DNA from: an uncultured Chloroflexia bacterium
GTDB taxonomy: Bacteria; Chloroflexota; Anaerolineae; Anaerolineales; UBA11579
Direction of reading: 5' to 3'
NCBI GenBank assembly: GCA_963797275.1
Contig: CAWCOT010000005.1
Location: 407,344-471,343, forward strand
Length of the DNA stretch: 64,000 nt
A program made the translations under genes and the position numbers. The notes under the pieces were generated by a model. The model was given only the letters and a program-made list of their open reading frames with translations. It did not search any database and had not been told where the DNA came from. Position 1 is the stretch's first letter; each line of letters begins with the position of its first letter. Shown in pieces: positions 47,185-57,711 of the stretch.

Positions 47185-47241
47185 GGAGGACTCCGACACA
47201 AGGAAAGCTTGTGTGTATAATGCCGCGGCTGAGAGGCAAGA

Positions 47242-47664
47242 ATGACGCGTGTTATACACACTGAAAACCTGGCGGCTGAACGCAACCGGCTGATGAAAGG
47301 CATGGCTTTGGCTTTCCGCGAGTTAACCAAGCTTGCTGCCTTCAATACGCAAGCGCGCGACTTGGCGGCTTTCCTCGTGCTGGCTTTGGATGGTGTGGCG
47401 GAAACCATCGAGCATAGTGTGCAACCCTGGGAAAAGCGCGGTTACTGGCTTAAGGCGGATCGATTTCGCATGGACTGGGCATGGGTGGAGCCGTTGAGGA
47501 GGCAATTACGGACGGCAGTCGAGGCAGAGGACCCGGCCGAGGTTGCGCTATGCATGGGATCTTTAGGAGAGAAGCTGAAAGACGTGAAAGTATCGGAGCG
47601 GCATCGTTTGGGTACTCCGTGGCACGGGGCCTGGGACCAGTTGCGCATGAGAACCAACAAATAA
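47242..47664 (+). CDS. Hypothetical protein (140 aa), no recognised domain
   Basis: A clean ORF with a TATAAT 20 nt upstream. I can assign no motif. Confidence 0.45.
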   Translation: MTRVIHTENLAAERNRLMKGMALAFRELTKLAAFNTQARDLAAFLVLALDGVAETIEHSVQPWEKRGYWLKADRFRMDWAWVEPLRRQLRTAVEAEDPAEVALCMGSLGEKLKDVKVSERHRLGTPWHGAWDQLRMRTNK

Positions 47665-47720
47665 TGCGCATAGCCATTATCCTTCAATCATAAAAATCAT
47701 CAACCTTAAATAAACGCAGT

Positions 47721-48443
47721 ATGATGGATGTGAGGCTGAATCCGCGAAAAAGTTCTAGTCGTCGAAGATGACCCTGCGATACAGGAAGCATTGGGCTATA
47801 ACCTCGGAAAAGAGGGGTATGAAGTGCTTACCGCGGGGGACGGCCTGGAAGCGCTGAAAGTGGCGCGCAGTTGTGCACCAGACCTGATAGTGCTTGACCT
47901 AATGCTGCCGGAATTGGATGGCTTCGACGTGACGCGCGCGTTGCGCAAAGAGAGCTCGGTACCCATTTTGATGCTTACCCGCGGGACGACGAGATCGACC
48001 GGGTACTGGGGCTTGAGCTAGGAGCCGACGATTATTTGACCAAGCCCTTTTCCATGCGGGAACTGCTGGCGCGGGTCAAAGCCATGCTGCGGCGGGTGCA
48101 AATCGGCAGAGAAGAAGCCGAACCGGCAAAGGGTTTGCCTGAGAAGCTTGTCAATTCAGGGAATATACATATTGACTTGGGAAGGCATGAGACCAGCCTT
48201 AACGGAGAAGTTATTGACCTTAAGCCCAAGGAATTTGACCTGCTTTTATTTTTTATGCAGAACCGAGGTCAGGTGTTTTCAAGGGAGCAACTTTTGGAGC
48301 AAGTATGGGGATGGGAGTTTTCGGGAGGGAGCCGCACCGTAGATGTCCACGTGCGATGGTTGCGTTCGAAGATCGAAGAGGATGCAGAACAACCCACTCG
48401 CATTATAACGGTGCGGGGGGTGGGCTATCGGTTTGAGGGGTAA
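47721..48443 (+). CDS. OmpR/PhoB-family response regulator (PhoP/PhoB-like); two apparent single-nt frameshifts (about 47747..47751 and about 47978..47985)
   Basis: [10 protein letters not shown] | [18 protein letters not shown]...[14 protein letters not shown]...ILMLT | ..[31 protein letters not shown]...TVRGVGYRF. Confidence 0.8.
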
Positions 48444-49731
48444 GGTGGGTCATGGCGCCGGTCCTGGCTTTAGTCTACGGCGCTTCTTGGCAGTTTTATT
48501 TCTTCAGGGCATCCTACTGGCTGTAATCTATACCATCTTGCGTCAGAACATTGGGCCATTAGGCACGGCCCTTAATTGGGGTATGGGCCTGCTTTTGGTT
48601 TCTGTTGTGACCGTGGCGGCCGCCTACGCGCATAAACCTGCGGAGGAGCAAATCCTGCAAGTGGAAGCTCTGGAGGAAGAGCTGGAGACAAACCAGGATC
48701 AACTCAGATTGCAAGCTGCCCAGTTGGAGATCCTGGTTGGGCACTTAGATGTGGGGCTTGTGCTGGCTAGTGAAGACGGGGACGTGCAGTTTTCCAATCG
48801 AGCTATGCAAAATCTGTTTGCCCTGAGCAAGCTGGAGGCTCAGGCAGATACATTGCCTCATCTATTACGCCATTATCAGTTTGTTGACCTGTGGAAGAGG
48901 GCCATGCAGGTGGGCATCCCAAAATCCTTGACGGCGGAGGTGCCTCAAAACCGGCGTTACTTGAGGGCCACCGTTTTTCCATTGAAGGAGTCGATGGGCG
49001 GCCAGGCATTGCTAATGTTCGAGGACGTCAGTGAGATGCGGCGCCTTGAAACCATTCGAAGAGATTTTGTGAGCAATGTATCCCACGAACTGCGAACCCC
49101 GCTGACCTCATTGAAAGCGTTGACAGAAAGCCTGCGAGCCGGAGCATTAGAGGACCCCGAAATGGCCCGGCGCTTTTTGGGGCACATTGAAACGGAAGTC
49201 GACGCTCTCTCTGAATTAGTGTCTGAGTTGCTTGAGCTGGCTCGCATCGAATCGCAGCAGGTACCGTTGCAGCTCTCGCCAAATGACCCGGGCCAATTAC
49301 TGGAACGAGGGGCCGAGCGCCTGCGCCTGCAAGCCGAAAGGGCCGGGCTGGAGCTTAGGGTGGAGCACGAAGAGAATTTGCCTATGGTATTGGCGGACCC
49401 GCCACGGTTGGAACAAGTGCTTGTGAATTTAATCCACAATGCCGTCAAATTTACCCCTCCCGGAGGCAGCATTGTGACGACAGCCCGGAGGCAAGGTGCC
49501 GAAGTTGAATTTTCAGTGACGGACACAGGTGAGGGCATTTCGGCAGAAAACCAGAAACGCATTTTTGAACGCTTCTATAAAACCGACCCGGCGCGCAATA
49601 AGAGTGGCACCGGCCTTGGGTTGGCCATCGTCAAGCATTTGGTAGAGGCCCATCACGGCAAACTTGGGGTGGAGAGCAAAGAAGGAAAAGGCAGCCGGTT
49701 TTACTTCACCGTCCCTGTTGCAAACGTATAA
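48433..49731 (+). CDS. Sensor histidine kinase (PhoR-like: TM, PAS-like, HisKA, HATPase)
   Basis: [17 protein letters not shown] is the H-box. [17 protein letters not shown] and [11 protein letters not shown] are the N, G1 and G2 boxes. Confidence 0.85.
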   Translation: MRGKVGHGAGPGFSLRRFLAVLFLQGILLAVIYTILRQNIGPLGTALNWGMGLLLVSVVTVAAAYAHKPAEEQILQVEALEEELETNQDQLRLQAAQLEILVGHLDVGLVLASEDGDVQFSNRAMQNLFALSKLEAQADTLPHLLRHYQFVDLWKRAMQVGIPKSLTAEVPQNRRYLRATVFPLKESMGGQALLMFEDVSEMRRLETIRRDFVSNVSHELRTPLTSLKALTESLRAGALEDPEMARRFLGHIETEVDALSELVSELLELARIESQQVPLQLSPNDPGQLLERGAERLRLQAERAGLELRVEHEENLPMVLADPPRLEQVLVNLIHNAVKFTPPGGSIVTTARRQGAEVEFSVTDTGEGISAENQKRIFERFYKTDPARNKSGTGLGLAIVKHLVEAHHGKLGVESKEGKGSRFYFTVPVANV

Positions 49732-49814
49732 CCCGGTCATCTGTCCGCTTATTAGCAGACAGATGACACTAAGGCGGGGGACAGACCGGAGCTAACATAT
49801 TCATGTTCCCGAAT

Positions 49815-50186
49815 ATGTTAGCCGCCAAGCCAAGTCACAAAATCAGCAGTCTGTTTAAATTCTTGGGAGATCCCTTTCGGTTGGGTTTGCTGTTGGCCTT
49901 ATCGCAGGAGGAGGCGTGCGTTTGCCACCTCGAGTGTTTGATGGAAAAAAGGCAAGCTTACATTTCACAACACCTTATGAAATTGAAGAAAGTGGGGCTG
50001 GTGGCTACACGGCGGCGCGGAAAATATATTTTCTACCGGCTGAAGGACCCACAATTGCTAAATGTCATCCAAGAAGCGGCAAGGGTGATCGGAGTCCAGA
50101 AAGAGGTGGCGCCCTCCATCGCTGAGCGCCTTCAACATTGCGAATGCCCGAAATGCGGCAATTCCAAATTGATATCCGTCCAATGA
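49815..50186 (+). CDS. ArsR/SmtB-family metalloregulator
   Basis: ..DPFRLGLLLALSQEEACVCHLE...ISQHLMKLKKVGLV..RR.GKYIFYRL is a wHTH with the CVC metal site. Confidence 0.8.
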   Translation: MLAAKPSHKISSLFKFLGDPFRLGLLLALSQEEACVCHLECLMEKRQAYISQHLMKLKKVGLVATRRRGKYIFYRLKDPQLLNVIQEAARVIGVQKEVAPSIAERLQHCECPKCGNSKLISVQ

Positions 50187-50202
50187 GTCCAAAGGAGAGA
50201 AC

Positions 50203-50454
50203 ATGTTGCGAATAAAAATTCTAGGGTCCGGATGCCCGAATTGCAAGAAACTGGAAGCGGCAGCTAGGCAAGCGCTTGAGACAAATGGTTTGGAAGCTGA
50301 TGTTGTAAAGGTTACTGATATGGTCCAGATCATGAGTTATGACATTCTGTCGACACCGGGCCTGGTAGTGAATGAGAAAGTATATAGTTATGGGCGTATT
50401 CCTAGCGTGGCGGAAATATCCACCTGGCTGAACGAGGCTGTGAAGACGGCCTAA
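50203..50454 (+). CDS. Thioredoxin-fold protein (redox-active disulfide protein 2 type)
   Basis: MLRIKILGSGCPNCKKLE... contains the CPxC motif. The 83-aa size and the permease neighbour are typical. Confidence 0.75.
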   Translation: MLRIKILGSGCPNCKKLEAAARQALETNGLEADVVKVTDMVQIMSYDILSTPGLVVNEKVYSYGRIPSVAEISTWLNEAVKTA

Positions 50455-50465
50455 CCGAGGCACAA

Positions 50466-51447
50466 ATGGACCCTTTCCGGTTGTTGCAAATAATTGCAGA
50501 CTTAGTGAGCCATAGTTGGCTTGGCTTGGGGGAAAGCTCCTTTCTGGGCAGCGCGGTCAACTTCTTTGTATACGACACGCTGAAAATCGGGGTGCTGCTA
50601 GTTCTTATTAACTACATTATGGCAATCACACGCTTTTATTTCCCAATGGAAAAAGTGCCGCGATATCTTGACCAGAAGGCGTTGGTATGGTTTGGATTAC
50701 TTGCTCGCCGCTGCACTAGGAGTGATCACGCCATTTTGTTCCTGCTCATCAATTCCGCTATTTATTGGTTTTGTCGGGGCAGGGATCCCGCTAGGTGTAA
50801 CCTTCGCATTTCTGATTAGTTCTCCTCTTGTCAACGAAGCCTCCCTTTACCTATTCCCAGCCATGTTTGGGATGCGGGTTACCTTGCTTTACAACGTATT
50901 GGGGATTGCAGTGGCCGTCGTGGGTGGGATGCTGATAAATGGGCTAGGAATGGAAAAATACATAGCCCCCGAGTTCTTGAACTCGAAACGACGTAAGCAG
51001 TTTGGAGCAGCGCAGAATGACGCCAAACCCGCCTTTCGCCAACTGATCGGATTCTTTTGGGAAGACGGAATGGTAATAACAAAGCAAGTATTTCCATATG
51101 TAGTTCTGGGAGTAGCTGTTGGGGGATTCATCCATGGGTTTGTCCCGTCCAGTCTGGTGGAGGGCACCCTAGCTGCTAAGACTTGGTGGTCCATCCCGGT
51201 GGCTACAATTCTGGGTGCACCGTTATATGCCAATTCGGTCAGCGTTATCCCGATCATGGAGGCTCTGGTTGGGAAAGGAGTTCCTTTGGGAACGGCTTTA
51301 GCCTTCATGACGGGCATTGTGACCATCTCTATCCCAGAGGGACTTATCCTCAAGAAGGTAATGGGCTGGCCTCTGTTGGGGCTGTTCTTTGGAATCACTA
51401 TTTCCGGCATTATGTTGATGGGATACTTGTTTAATTCAATCCTGTAA
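50466..51447 (+). CDS. ArsP_1/DUF318-type permease; apparent 1-nt insertion near 50658..50661
   Basis: ORF 50466..50819 ends ..RFYFPMEKV, and the next frame continues RDILTRRRWYGLDYLLAAALGVITPFCSCSSIPLF.., which carries the vicinal Cys motif. Confidence 0.7.
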
Positions 51448-51502
51448 TAAGTCATTTTTTTCGTTGTTTGGGGGGTTTCACGAGAAAACCGGCGAAGTTC
51501 TG

Positions 51503-51552
51503 TTAACCCGTTCTTAGCATTTTGTTAAACCGCTTTTCCTAGGCGCTTAAAC
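51503..51552 (+). promoter_or_regulatory. Pho-box array upstream of pstS
   Basis: Five direct hexamers with exactly 11-bp phasing: TTAACC (51503), TTAGCA (51514), TTAAAC (51525), TTCCTA (51536), TTAAAC (51547). They resemble PhoP TT(A/T/C)ACA repeats. AAGGAGG SD lies before ATG 51622. Confidence 0.6.
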
Positions 51553-51621
51553 ACAGAGTGCTAGCATCGATGCAAGAAACTAATCCAACCCTACTTTCTT
51601 TTTCCTAAGGAGGAAAAAACC

Positions 51622-52731
51622 ATGAATCGCAAGATTCAAACCCTGCTGGCTGTGTTCGGGATTGCGAGCTTTGTGCTGGCAGCCTGTGGCACGCCGGCCA
51701 CCGCGGCGGCCACATCAGCTCCGTCCGCAGAGCAGCCGAATGCAGAGATGGCTGAGCCGTTGTCGGCTGACTTGCTCGGTGCAGGAGCTTCATTTCCTGC
51801 TCCAATTTACCTGGAATGGATCAATGAATACAGTTCCAACGTCCAACCCGGCGTGAGCATTAACTACCAGTCTATCGGTTCCGGTGGCGGCGTAGAGCAA
51901 TTCATTGGGCAGCAGACAACCTTCGGTGCCTCGGATGCCTTTCTCAGCGACGAAGATATCGCCGCTGCTACAGAAGCTCGTGGTTGCGACCCGGTTCATA
52001 TTCCCACTGTATTCGGCGCGGTTTCCTTGGGTTACAACCTTGAAGGCGTTGACCATTTGGTGCTGGATGGCGAGACCCTGGCCAATATCTTCCTGGGCAA
52101 CATAACAAATTGGGATGATCCTGCGATTGCTGCCCTGAATGAAGGCATGAGGCTGCCTTCTGAACCCATCGTCGTTGCCCACCGCTCGGACGGTTCCGGC
52201 ACGACCAGCATTTTCACCACCTATCTAAGCAGCGTCTCTGATGAGTGGGCAAGCAAAGTCGGTTCGGGGAAGGAAGTTGAATGGCCTGCTCCTAACTCCG
52301 TTGGCGGAGACAAGAATGACGGCGTGGCCGCCCAAATCCAGCAGAACCCCGGCGCCATTGGCTACATCGAGCTTTCCTATGCGATGACCAACAATATCCC
52401 AATGGCCGACATGATGAATGACGATGGCAACGCGATTACACCTTCGTTGGAAACCACCGCGGCCGCAGCGGATGGGATCACAATCCCTGATGACCTACGC
52501 TTCAATATCCTTAACGTGGGCGGCGAAGGGTATCCGATTGCCGGCGCAACCTGGCTGTTGGTTTGGAAGTGTGGTTATGACGACGCCACAGCTGCCGCGC
52601 TCAAGGATTTCATAACCTGGGATTTGACCCAAGGTGATGATCTGGCTCGCGAATTGTTGTATTCTCCACTTCCAGACTCACTGCAGGCTCGAGCCCTGGA
52701 AAAGGTCAGCCTGATCAATTCGGAGCAATAA
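51622..52731 (+). CDS. pstS: Phosphate ABC transporter substrate-binding lipoprotein PstS
   Basis: LAAC lipobox, ..GAGASFPAPIY..W...Y........INYQSIGSGGG...F, and ..HRSDGSGTT.. Confidence 0.9.
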   Translation: MNRKIQTLLAVFGIASFVLAACGTPATAAATSAPSAEQPNAEMAEPLSADLLGAGASFPAPIYLEWINEYSSNVQPGVSINYQSIGSGGGVEQFIGQQTTFGASDAFLSDEDIAAATEARGCDPVHIPTVFGAVSLGYNLEGVDHLVLDGETLANIFLGNITNWDDPAIAALNEGMRLPSEPIVVAHRSDGSGTTSIFTTYLSSVSDEWASKVGSGKEVEWPAPNSVGGDKNDGVAAQIQQNPGAIGYIELSYAMTNNIPMADMMNDDGNAITPSLETTAAAADGITIPDDLRFNILNVGGEGYPIAGATWLLVWKCGYDDATAAALKDFITWDLTQGDDLARELLYSPLPDSLQARALEKVSLINSEQ

Positions 52732-52828
52732 GAATCTTCTTGCTTTCCAAGAAAGTTTATACTAACAGTGTGGGGCTGATCAGCCCCACACTGTTAGTTG
52801 CAGGGATTAGAAGGAACAATTCAAAAAT

Positions 52829-53803
52829 ATGACCACCGCGACCCCATTGAAACAAGTAACAAGAAAGTCCTTCGCGGATAGCTGGTTCCGATGGGGATTG
52901 ACTTTGCTGGGGGCTGGTGTGCTGGTGATCCTGGCCGCCATGATAATCACAACCGCACTTGATGCTTGGCCTGTTTTTCAACATATGGGTTGGGGTTTTG
53001 TTACCAGCCAAGATTGGGACCCAGGAATTTCTCGCAGCGAGATTACCGGCTCTTATGGGGCCTTGGCATTTATCGTAGGAACTTTAGTGACCTCAGGCAT
53101 CGCTTTGATTATCGCCGTCCCACTTTCTATTGGAACCGCCGTCTATCTGACACAGCTGGCGCCATCTATGCTACGTAAGCCGCTTACATACGGGGTGGAA
53201 TTGCTGGCTGCCGTACCCAGCGTTGTGTACGGATTATGGGGATTACTTTTCTTTGTACCGTTTTTCATTCGTCCGGTGATGGATTTTACGGCTAAAACTT
53301 TAGGAAACTACATCCCTTTTTTGAGCGGCCCCGTGGTTACTTACAATTACCTTGCTGCCGGGGTGGTGCTCTCAATTATGGTCTTGCCGATCATTACGGC
53401 GGTTATTAGAGAAGTAATGGCAAACACGCCTGATGCGGAAATCTTTGCAGCCTTTGCCCTGGGGGCCACTCGGTGGGAAATGATCCGTCATGTTGTCCTG
53501 CACAGGGCCAGACCGGGAATCATCGGTGCCACAATGCTTGGATTGGGCCGGGCGTTAGGTGAGACCATTGCGGTTGCCATGCTAATTGGAGGGTCCCAGA
53601 TTTTGCCAAACACAGTATTCAGAGGCGGCGAATCGATGGCTGGGATTATTGCCACAACCTTCCAAGAGGCTGCTCCTGAAAACATTAAAGCCCTGCTAGG
53701 CGTAGGTGTTGTATTGTTTTTTATCACTGTCATTATTAATATGGGGGCGCGTTTAATTGTATGGATCACCGGTGGTAGAGTAATTGGAGATGCCAGCGTA
53801 TGA
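52829..53803 (+). CDS. pstC: Phosphate ABC transporter permease PstC
   Basis: ..FAALGATRWEMIRHVVL..ARPGIIGA..LGLGRALGETIAV.. is the EAA loop. Confidence 0.9.
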   Translation: MTTATPLKQVTRKSFADSWFRWGLTLLGAGVLVILAAMIITTALDAWPVFQHMGWGFVTSQDWDPGISRSEITGSYGALAFIVGTLVTSGIALIIAVPLSIGTAVYLTQLAPSMLRKPLTYGVELLAAVPSVVYGLWGLLFFVPFFIRPVMDFTAKTLGNYIPFLSGPVVTYNYLAAGVVLSIMVLPIITAVIREVMANTPDAEIFAAFALGATRWEMIRHVVLHRARPGIIGATMLGLGRALGETIAVAMLIGGSQILPNTVFRGGESMAGIIATTFQEAAPENIKALLGVGVVLFFITVIINMGARLIVWITGGRVIGDASV

Positions 53804-54714
53804 GCACCGCCCAAGTCGACAAGCAGTTGCAAGGGTTACCTGAAATCCTGTTACAGGATAGAGCTCCTGGCGCAGCGTCTCGAAGGCGGAGTGACGCGCT
53901 TATGCGGAGTATCTTTCTGGCCTCTGTGGTTTTTTCGCTCATTCCGCTGGTGTTGATCCTATATGAGGTAATTCAACAAGGTGCCGGCGCGATGACATGG
54001 GAATTTCTCAGCTCGGTACAGACAATTTCCCTGGTGCGTGAAGGTGGGGGCTACCTGAACGGGTTGTTTGGTACGGCTTATATGGTGACCATCGGTATTC
54101 TTATTGCCGTTCCGTTTGGTGTAGCCGCAGCCACATTCGTGGTGGAATATTCCGACAGCAAACTGGTGCCGTTTATTCAGTTTTTCACGGATGTGATGAC
54201 AGGCGTGCCGTCCATCTTCGTTGGACTATTTATCTACACGATCTTGGTTCAACAGGGCGCAGGATATTCCACGCTGGCAGGCGGTCTTGCGATCAGCCTA
54301 TTAATGATTCCTATTATGACCCGTGCCTCCGAGGAAGTCATCCGATTAGTACCGGATGACCTGCGTGTGGCTGCTTACGCGCTGGGTGCTCGCCGTTGGC
54401 AGGTTGTACTTCAAGTTGTACTGCCGGCGGCAGCCAATGGACTTGTCACGGCGGGCATGCTATCGGTTTCGCGCGCGGCCGGGGAAACGGCGCCCTTACT
54501 CCTGACCGCGCTTGGGGCGTTTACCATTGTTCCCGAGTTGCTTGGACACCCGCAGGCGGCATTGCCTCTGATTATTTATAACGAGGCGCGTGGCCCATTT
54601 GCACCTGCGCATGTAAGGGCATGGGCAGGTGCCTTGGAACTTATGTTGTTGGTTTTGCTGCTAACCATCATTGCACGCACCATCAGTGGAAGAACCCAGG
54701 GCAAAAACAGATGA
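53800..54714 (+). CDS. pstA: Phosphate ABC transporter permease PstA
   Basis: ..AAYALGARRWQVVLQVVLPAA..G..T...L...RAAGETAPLL.. It overlaps the pstC stop by 4 nt. Confidence 0.9.
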   Translation: MSTAQVDKQLQGLPEILLQDRAPGAASRRRSDALMRSIFLASVVFSLIPLVLILYEVIQQGAGAMTWEFLSSVQTISLVREGGGYLNGLFGTAYMVTIGILIAVPFGVAAATFVVEYSDSKLVPFIQFFTDVMTGVPSIFVGLFIYTILVQQGAGYSTLAGGLAISLLMIPIMTRASEEVIRLVPDDLRVAAYALGARRWQVVLQVVLPAAANGLVTAGMLSVSRAAGETAPLLLTALGAFTIVPELLGHPQAALPLIIYNEARGPFAPAHVRAWAGALELMLLVLLLTIIARTISGRTQGKNR

Positions 54715-54753
54715 GACGCCGTTTAGACATTCTTGTGAGCAGGAGCAAATTAC

Positions 54754-55557
54754 ATGCCTGAAGCGGCATCCCAGACCACCTCGACCGGCCACTACGCAAT
54801 CGAGACTGAGAAATTAAGTGTTTACTACGCGTCTTTTCAAGCAGTCCGCGATGTGGAACTAAAAATCGAGCCGCGTAAGATAACCGCCATAATTGGTCCT
54901 TCCGGATGCGGAAAAAGCACCGTGCTGAGATCCTTCAATCGGATGAATGAACTAGTGCCTGGCACGCGAGCGGTTGGCAAAGTGTTATTTCACGGCCAGA
55001 ATATCTACGAAAGTGGCGTGGATCCCGTTGAAGTGAGACGGCGCATCGGAATGGTGTTTCAAAAACCGAATCCATTTCCGAGATCCATTTACGAAAATAT
55101 TGCCTGGGGTGCGCGCATCAACGGAATTATTGGGGACATGGACGAATTAGTCGAAAGAACGTTGAAGAGTGCGGCGTTGTGGGACGAGGTGCACAACAAG
55201 CTGAACCAGAGTGGGCTCTCCCTTTCTGGTGGGCAGCAACAACGTTTGTGTATTGCGCGAACTATTGCCGTTGAACCCGATATCGTGTTGATGGATGAGC
55301 CATGCTCGGCTCTGGACCCCATCGCAACCTTACGCATTGAAGAGTTGATGCGCGAGTTGGCCAAGCAATACACCATCATCATTGTTACCCACAATATGCA
55401 GCAGGCCGCGCGCGTGTCCGATTACACGGCGTTCTTCTCCCTTTCGGATGATGGCAAGCGCACAGGGATGCTTATGGAATACGGAGATACCAAGTCCATG
55501 TTTACAAATCCGAAGGAAAAAGTCACTGAAGATTATATAACTGGTCGTTTTGGGTAA
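54754..55557 (+). CDS. pstB: Phosphate ABC transporter ATP-binding protein PstB
   Basis: [33 protein letters not shown] and ..TGRFG C-terminus. Confidence 0.9.
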   Translation: MPEAASQTTSTGHYAIETEKLSVYYASFQAVRDVELKIEPRKITAIIGPSGCGKSTVLRSFNRMNELVPGTRAVGKVLFHGQNIYESGVDPVEVRRRIGMVFQKPNPFPRSIYENIAWGARINGIIGDMDELVERTLKSAALWDEVHNKLNQSGLSLSGGQQQRLCIARTIAVEPDIVLMDEPCSALDPIATLRIEELMRELAKQYTIIIVTHNMQQAARVSDYTAFFSLSDDGKRTGMLMEYGDTKSMFTNPKEKVTEDYITGRFG

Positions 55558-55987
55558 GATGACAGTGACCGCAGCGCTTAAGAAGGTACTTTTCCTATGC
55601 ACAGGCAACTCTTGCCGGTCGCAGATGGCTGAGGCATGGGTCAATGCACGGCTGGGTGACCGCTGGCAGGCTTTCAGCGCAGGGGTGGTGCCAACGGGAA
55701 AAGTGAACCCTCATGCGATTAAAGCGCTGGCGGAATTGGGCATCCAACACCACGGCGAGTCCAAGGGCGTTGAGCGGTATATCCACGAGGATTTCGACCT
55801 GGTGGTAACCGTATGTGACGATGCTGCCGAGAACTGCCCGGTTTGGTTGGGCAAGGGGAAGCGAGAACATCTAGGCTTTCCCGACCCGGGTGAGGCAACT
55901 GGGAACGAGGAGCAAGTGATGATCGTTTTCCGGGAAGTGATGGCGGATATCGCCGAACGCGTCCCGGCGTTGCTAGCAACGCGTTAA
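55550..55987 (+). CDS. arsC: Arsenate reductase, LMW-PTP/thioredoxin-coupled type
   Basis: [19 protein letters not shown] is the CX5R P-loop, with ..[15 protein letters not shown].. as distal Cys residues. It overlaps the pstB stop. Confidence 0.75.
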   Translation: MGKMTVTAALKKVLFLCTGNSCRSQMAEAWVNARLGDRWQAFSAGVVPTGKVNPHAIKALAELGIQHHGESKGVERYIHEDFDLVVTVCDDAAENCPVWLGKGKREHLGFPDPGEATGNEEQVMIVFREVMADIAERVPALLATR

Positions 55988-55995
55988 TAGTTTGG

Positions 55996-57624
55996 TTATG
56001 TAATTTTGAGCCAGGAAAAACCGTGGGGCGGAAGGGTTAACTGCAGGGTTTTTTCGACAATTTTTCCTGTTGCACGTCCTGTGAGCAAATCCGGTGGTGG
56101 GAAGTAAATGTCTTCACCGGCTAATTTCACCTCGGCGTCTTGGGCTTTTGAAGTCAGATTATTCAGGATGAGCAGTTTTTCGCCTTGGTAACTGCGATAA
56201 TAAGCGGCGATATATCGTCGCTTATTTACCTCCGCCCAGGCGAAATCTCCCCAGCCAAACGCACGATGAACCTTGCGTACCGCGATCATATTTTTGACTT
56301 TGTAATACATGGAAGCCAAATCCTGCTTCTGGTCGGCCACATTTACCTGCAGGGGCGAGTAGGGCGCATCCTCAATCACAGGAGAATACAGGCTGGCGGC
56401 ATTTGAGAAACCGGCGTTCTTGGTATTGTCCCACTGCATGGGCGTGCGCACCCCGTCGCGGTCATTGAGCCAGATGTTATCGCCCATGCCAATTTCGTCT
56501 CCATAATAGATGATTGGCGAACCAGGAAGTGTAAACAGCAAGGAGTTGGCCAGCACAATCTTGTCAAATTTGTTGTCCAACAGCGGCGCCAGGCGCCGGC
56601 GAATACCAAGGTTGAGGCGCATGCGCGGCTCAGGTGCGTATTCTCGCCACATCCATTGACGCTCGGTTTCCGTCACCATTTCGAGAGTGAGCTCGTCGTG
56701 ATTGCGCAGGAAAGTGCACCACTGGGCATTCTCGGGTATAGGCGGCGTACGCTTGAGGATGCTGCGGATTGGATTGCTGGATTGACGGCGCAATGACATG
56801 AAAATGCGCGGCATCAAGGGAAAGTGGAAGGCCATGTGCATTTCGTCGCCAGCGCCAAAATATTCGCGGACTTGCTTAGGCCACTGGTTGGCTTCGGAGA
56901 GCAGCACGCCGGCGCTGTCGTGCTGATCAAAGGATTTGCGGACGCGTTTGAGGTAGGCGTGTGTTTCAGGCAGGTTTTCACAGTTGGTGCGGGGGCGTTC
57001 GAACAGGTAGGGGATGGCGTCCACACGAAAGCCGTCTATGCCCAGATCCAGCCAAAAAGCCATGGTGTCCAGCATCTCTTGCTGGACGGCGGGATTGTCA
57101 TAGTTCAGATCAGGCTGGAAGGAGTAGAAGCGGTGCCAGTAATATTGGCCGGCTTCTTCATCCCAAGTCCAATTGCTGGTCTCGGTATCTAGAAAAACAA
57201 TACGAGCTCCGGGATATTTCTCGTTGGTGTCGCTCCAGACATAATAATCTCGATATTTGGAGGCTTTGTTTTTGCGGGCGGCCTGAAACCAGGGGTGGGC
57301 GCTGGATGTGTGGTTAAGCACCAGGTCGCTGATGAGGCGAATATTGCGCATGTGAGCTTCGCGGACCAAATCTTTGAAATCTTGTAGTGTTCCGTAGTCC
57401 GGATGAATGCCGCGGAAATCAGCCACGTCGTAGCCATCGTCCAGAAGTGGGGAAGGGAAGATGGGCAGCAACCACACACAATTGACGCCCAAATCTTGGA
57501 GGTAATCCAGTTTCTCTATTACGCCGCGCAGATCCCCATGACCATCGCCGTTGCTATCGCGAAAGGCGCGCACGTAGAGTTCGTAAAAAATTGCGTCTTT
57601 GTACCAGAGAGGAATGCCGTCCAT
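55996..57624 (-). CDS. treS: Trehalose synthase-type GH13 enzyme (maltose alpha-D-glucosyltransferase, TreS-like)
   Basis: [28 protein letters not shown]...DLVLNHTS...[10 protein letters not shown]... I prefer the ATG at 57624; the track start TTG 57693 would read through a terminator-like hairpin. Confidence 0.75.
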   Translation of the reverse strand: MDGIPLWYKDAIFYELYVRAFRDSNGDGHGDLRGVIEKLDYLQDLGVNCVWLLPIFPSPLLDDGYDVADFRGIHPDYGTLQDFKDLVREAHMRNIRLISDLVLNHTSSAHPWFQAARKNKASKYRDYYVWSDTNEKYPGARIVFLDTETSNWTWDEEAGQYYWHRFYSFQPDLNYDNPAVQQEMLDTMAFWLDLGIDGFRVDAIPYLFERPRTNCENLPETHAYLKRVRKSFDQHDSAGVLLSEANQWPKQVREYFGAGDEMHMAFHFPLMPRIFMSLRRQSSNPIRSILKRTPPIPENAQWCTFLRNHDELTLEMVTETERQWMWREYAPEPRMRLNLGIRRRLAPLLDNKFDKIVLANSLLFTLPGSPIIYYGDEIGMGDNIWLNDRDGVRTPMQWDNTKNAGFSNAASLYSPVIEDAPYSPLQVNVADQKQDLASMYYKVKNMIAVRKVHRAFGWGDFAWAEVNKRRYIAAYYRSYQGEKLLILNNLTSKAQDAEVKLAGEDIYFPPPDLLTGRATGKIVEKTLQLTLPPHGFSWLKIT

Positions 57625-57630
57625 AAGTTC

Positions 57631-57684
57631 AAAAAATAAAAGGCCTGACCGTATACGAGGGCGCAGTGTAGACGGGTCAGGCCT
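57631..57684 (-). terminator. Terminator-like or intercistronic hairpin between the permease gene and treS
   Basis: A 10-bp stem AGGCCTGACC/GGTCAGGCCT with a loop of about 24 nt. On the minus strand it is followed by TTTTATTTTTT. Confidence 0.5.
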
Positions 57685-57711
57685 TTTGGTCAAGTGGTTT
57701 TGTCCGCTGAG

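Noticed and set aside
57625-57693. TTG 57693 as the TreS start codon.
   Set aside because: The extension ([23 protein letters not shown]) is encoded by the terminator-like hairpin and is not part of the conserved TreS N-terminus (..WYKDAIFYE..). It is kept only as an alternative.
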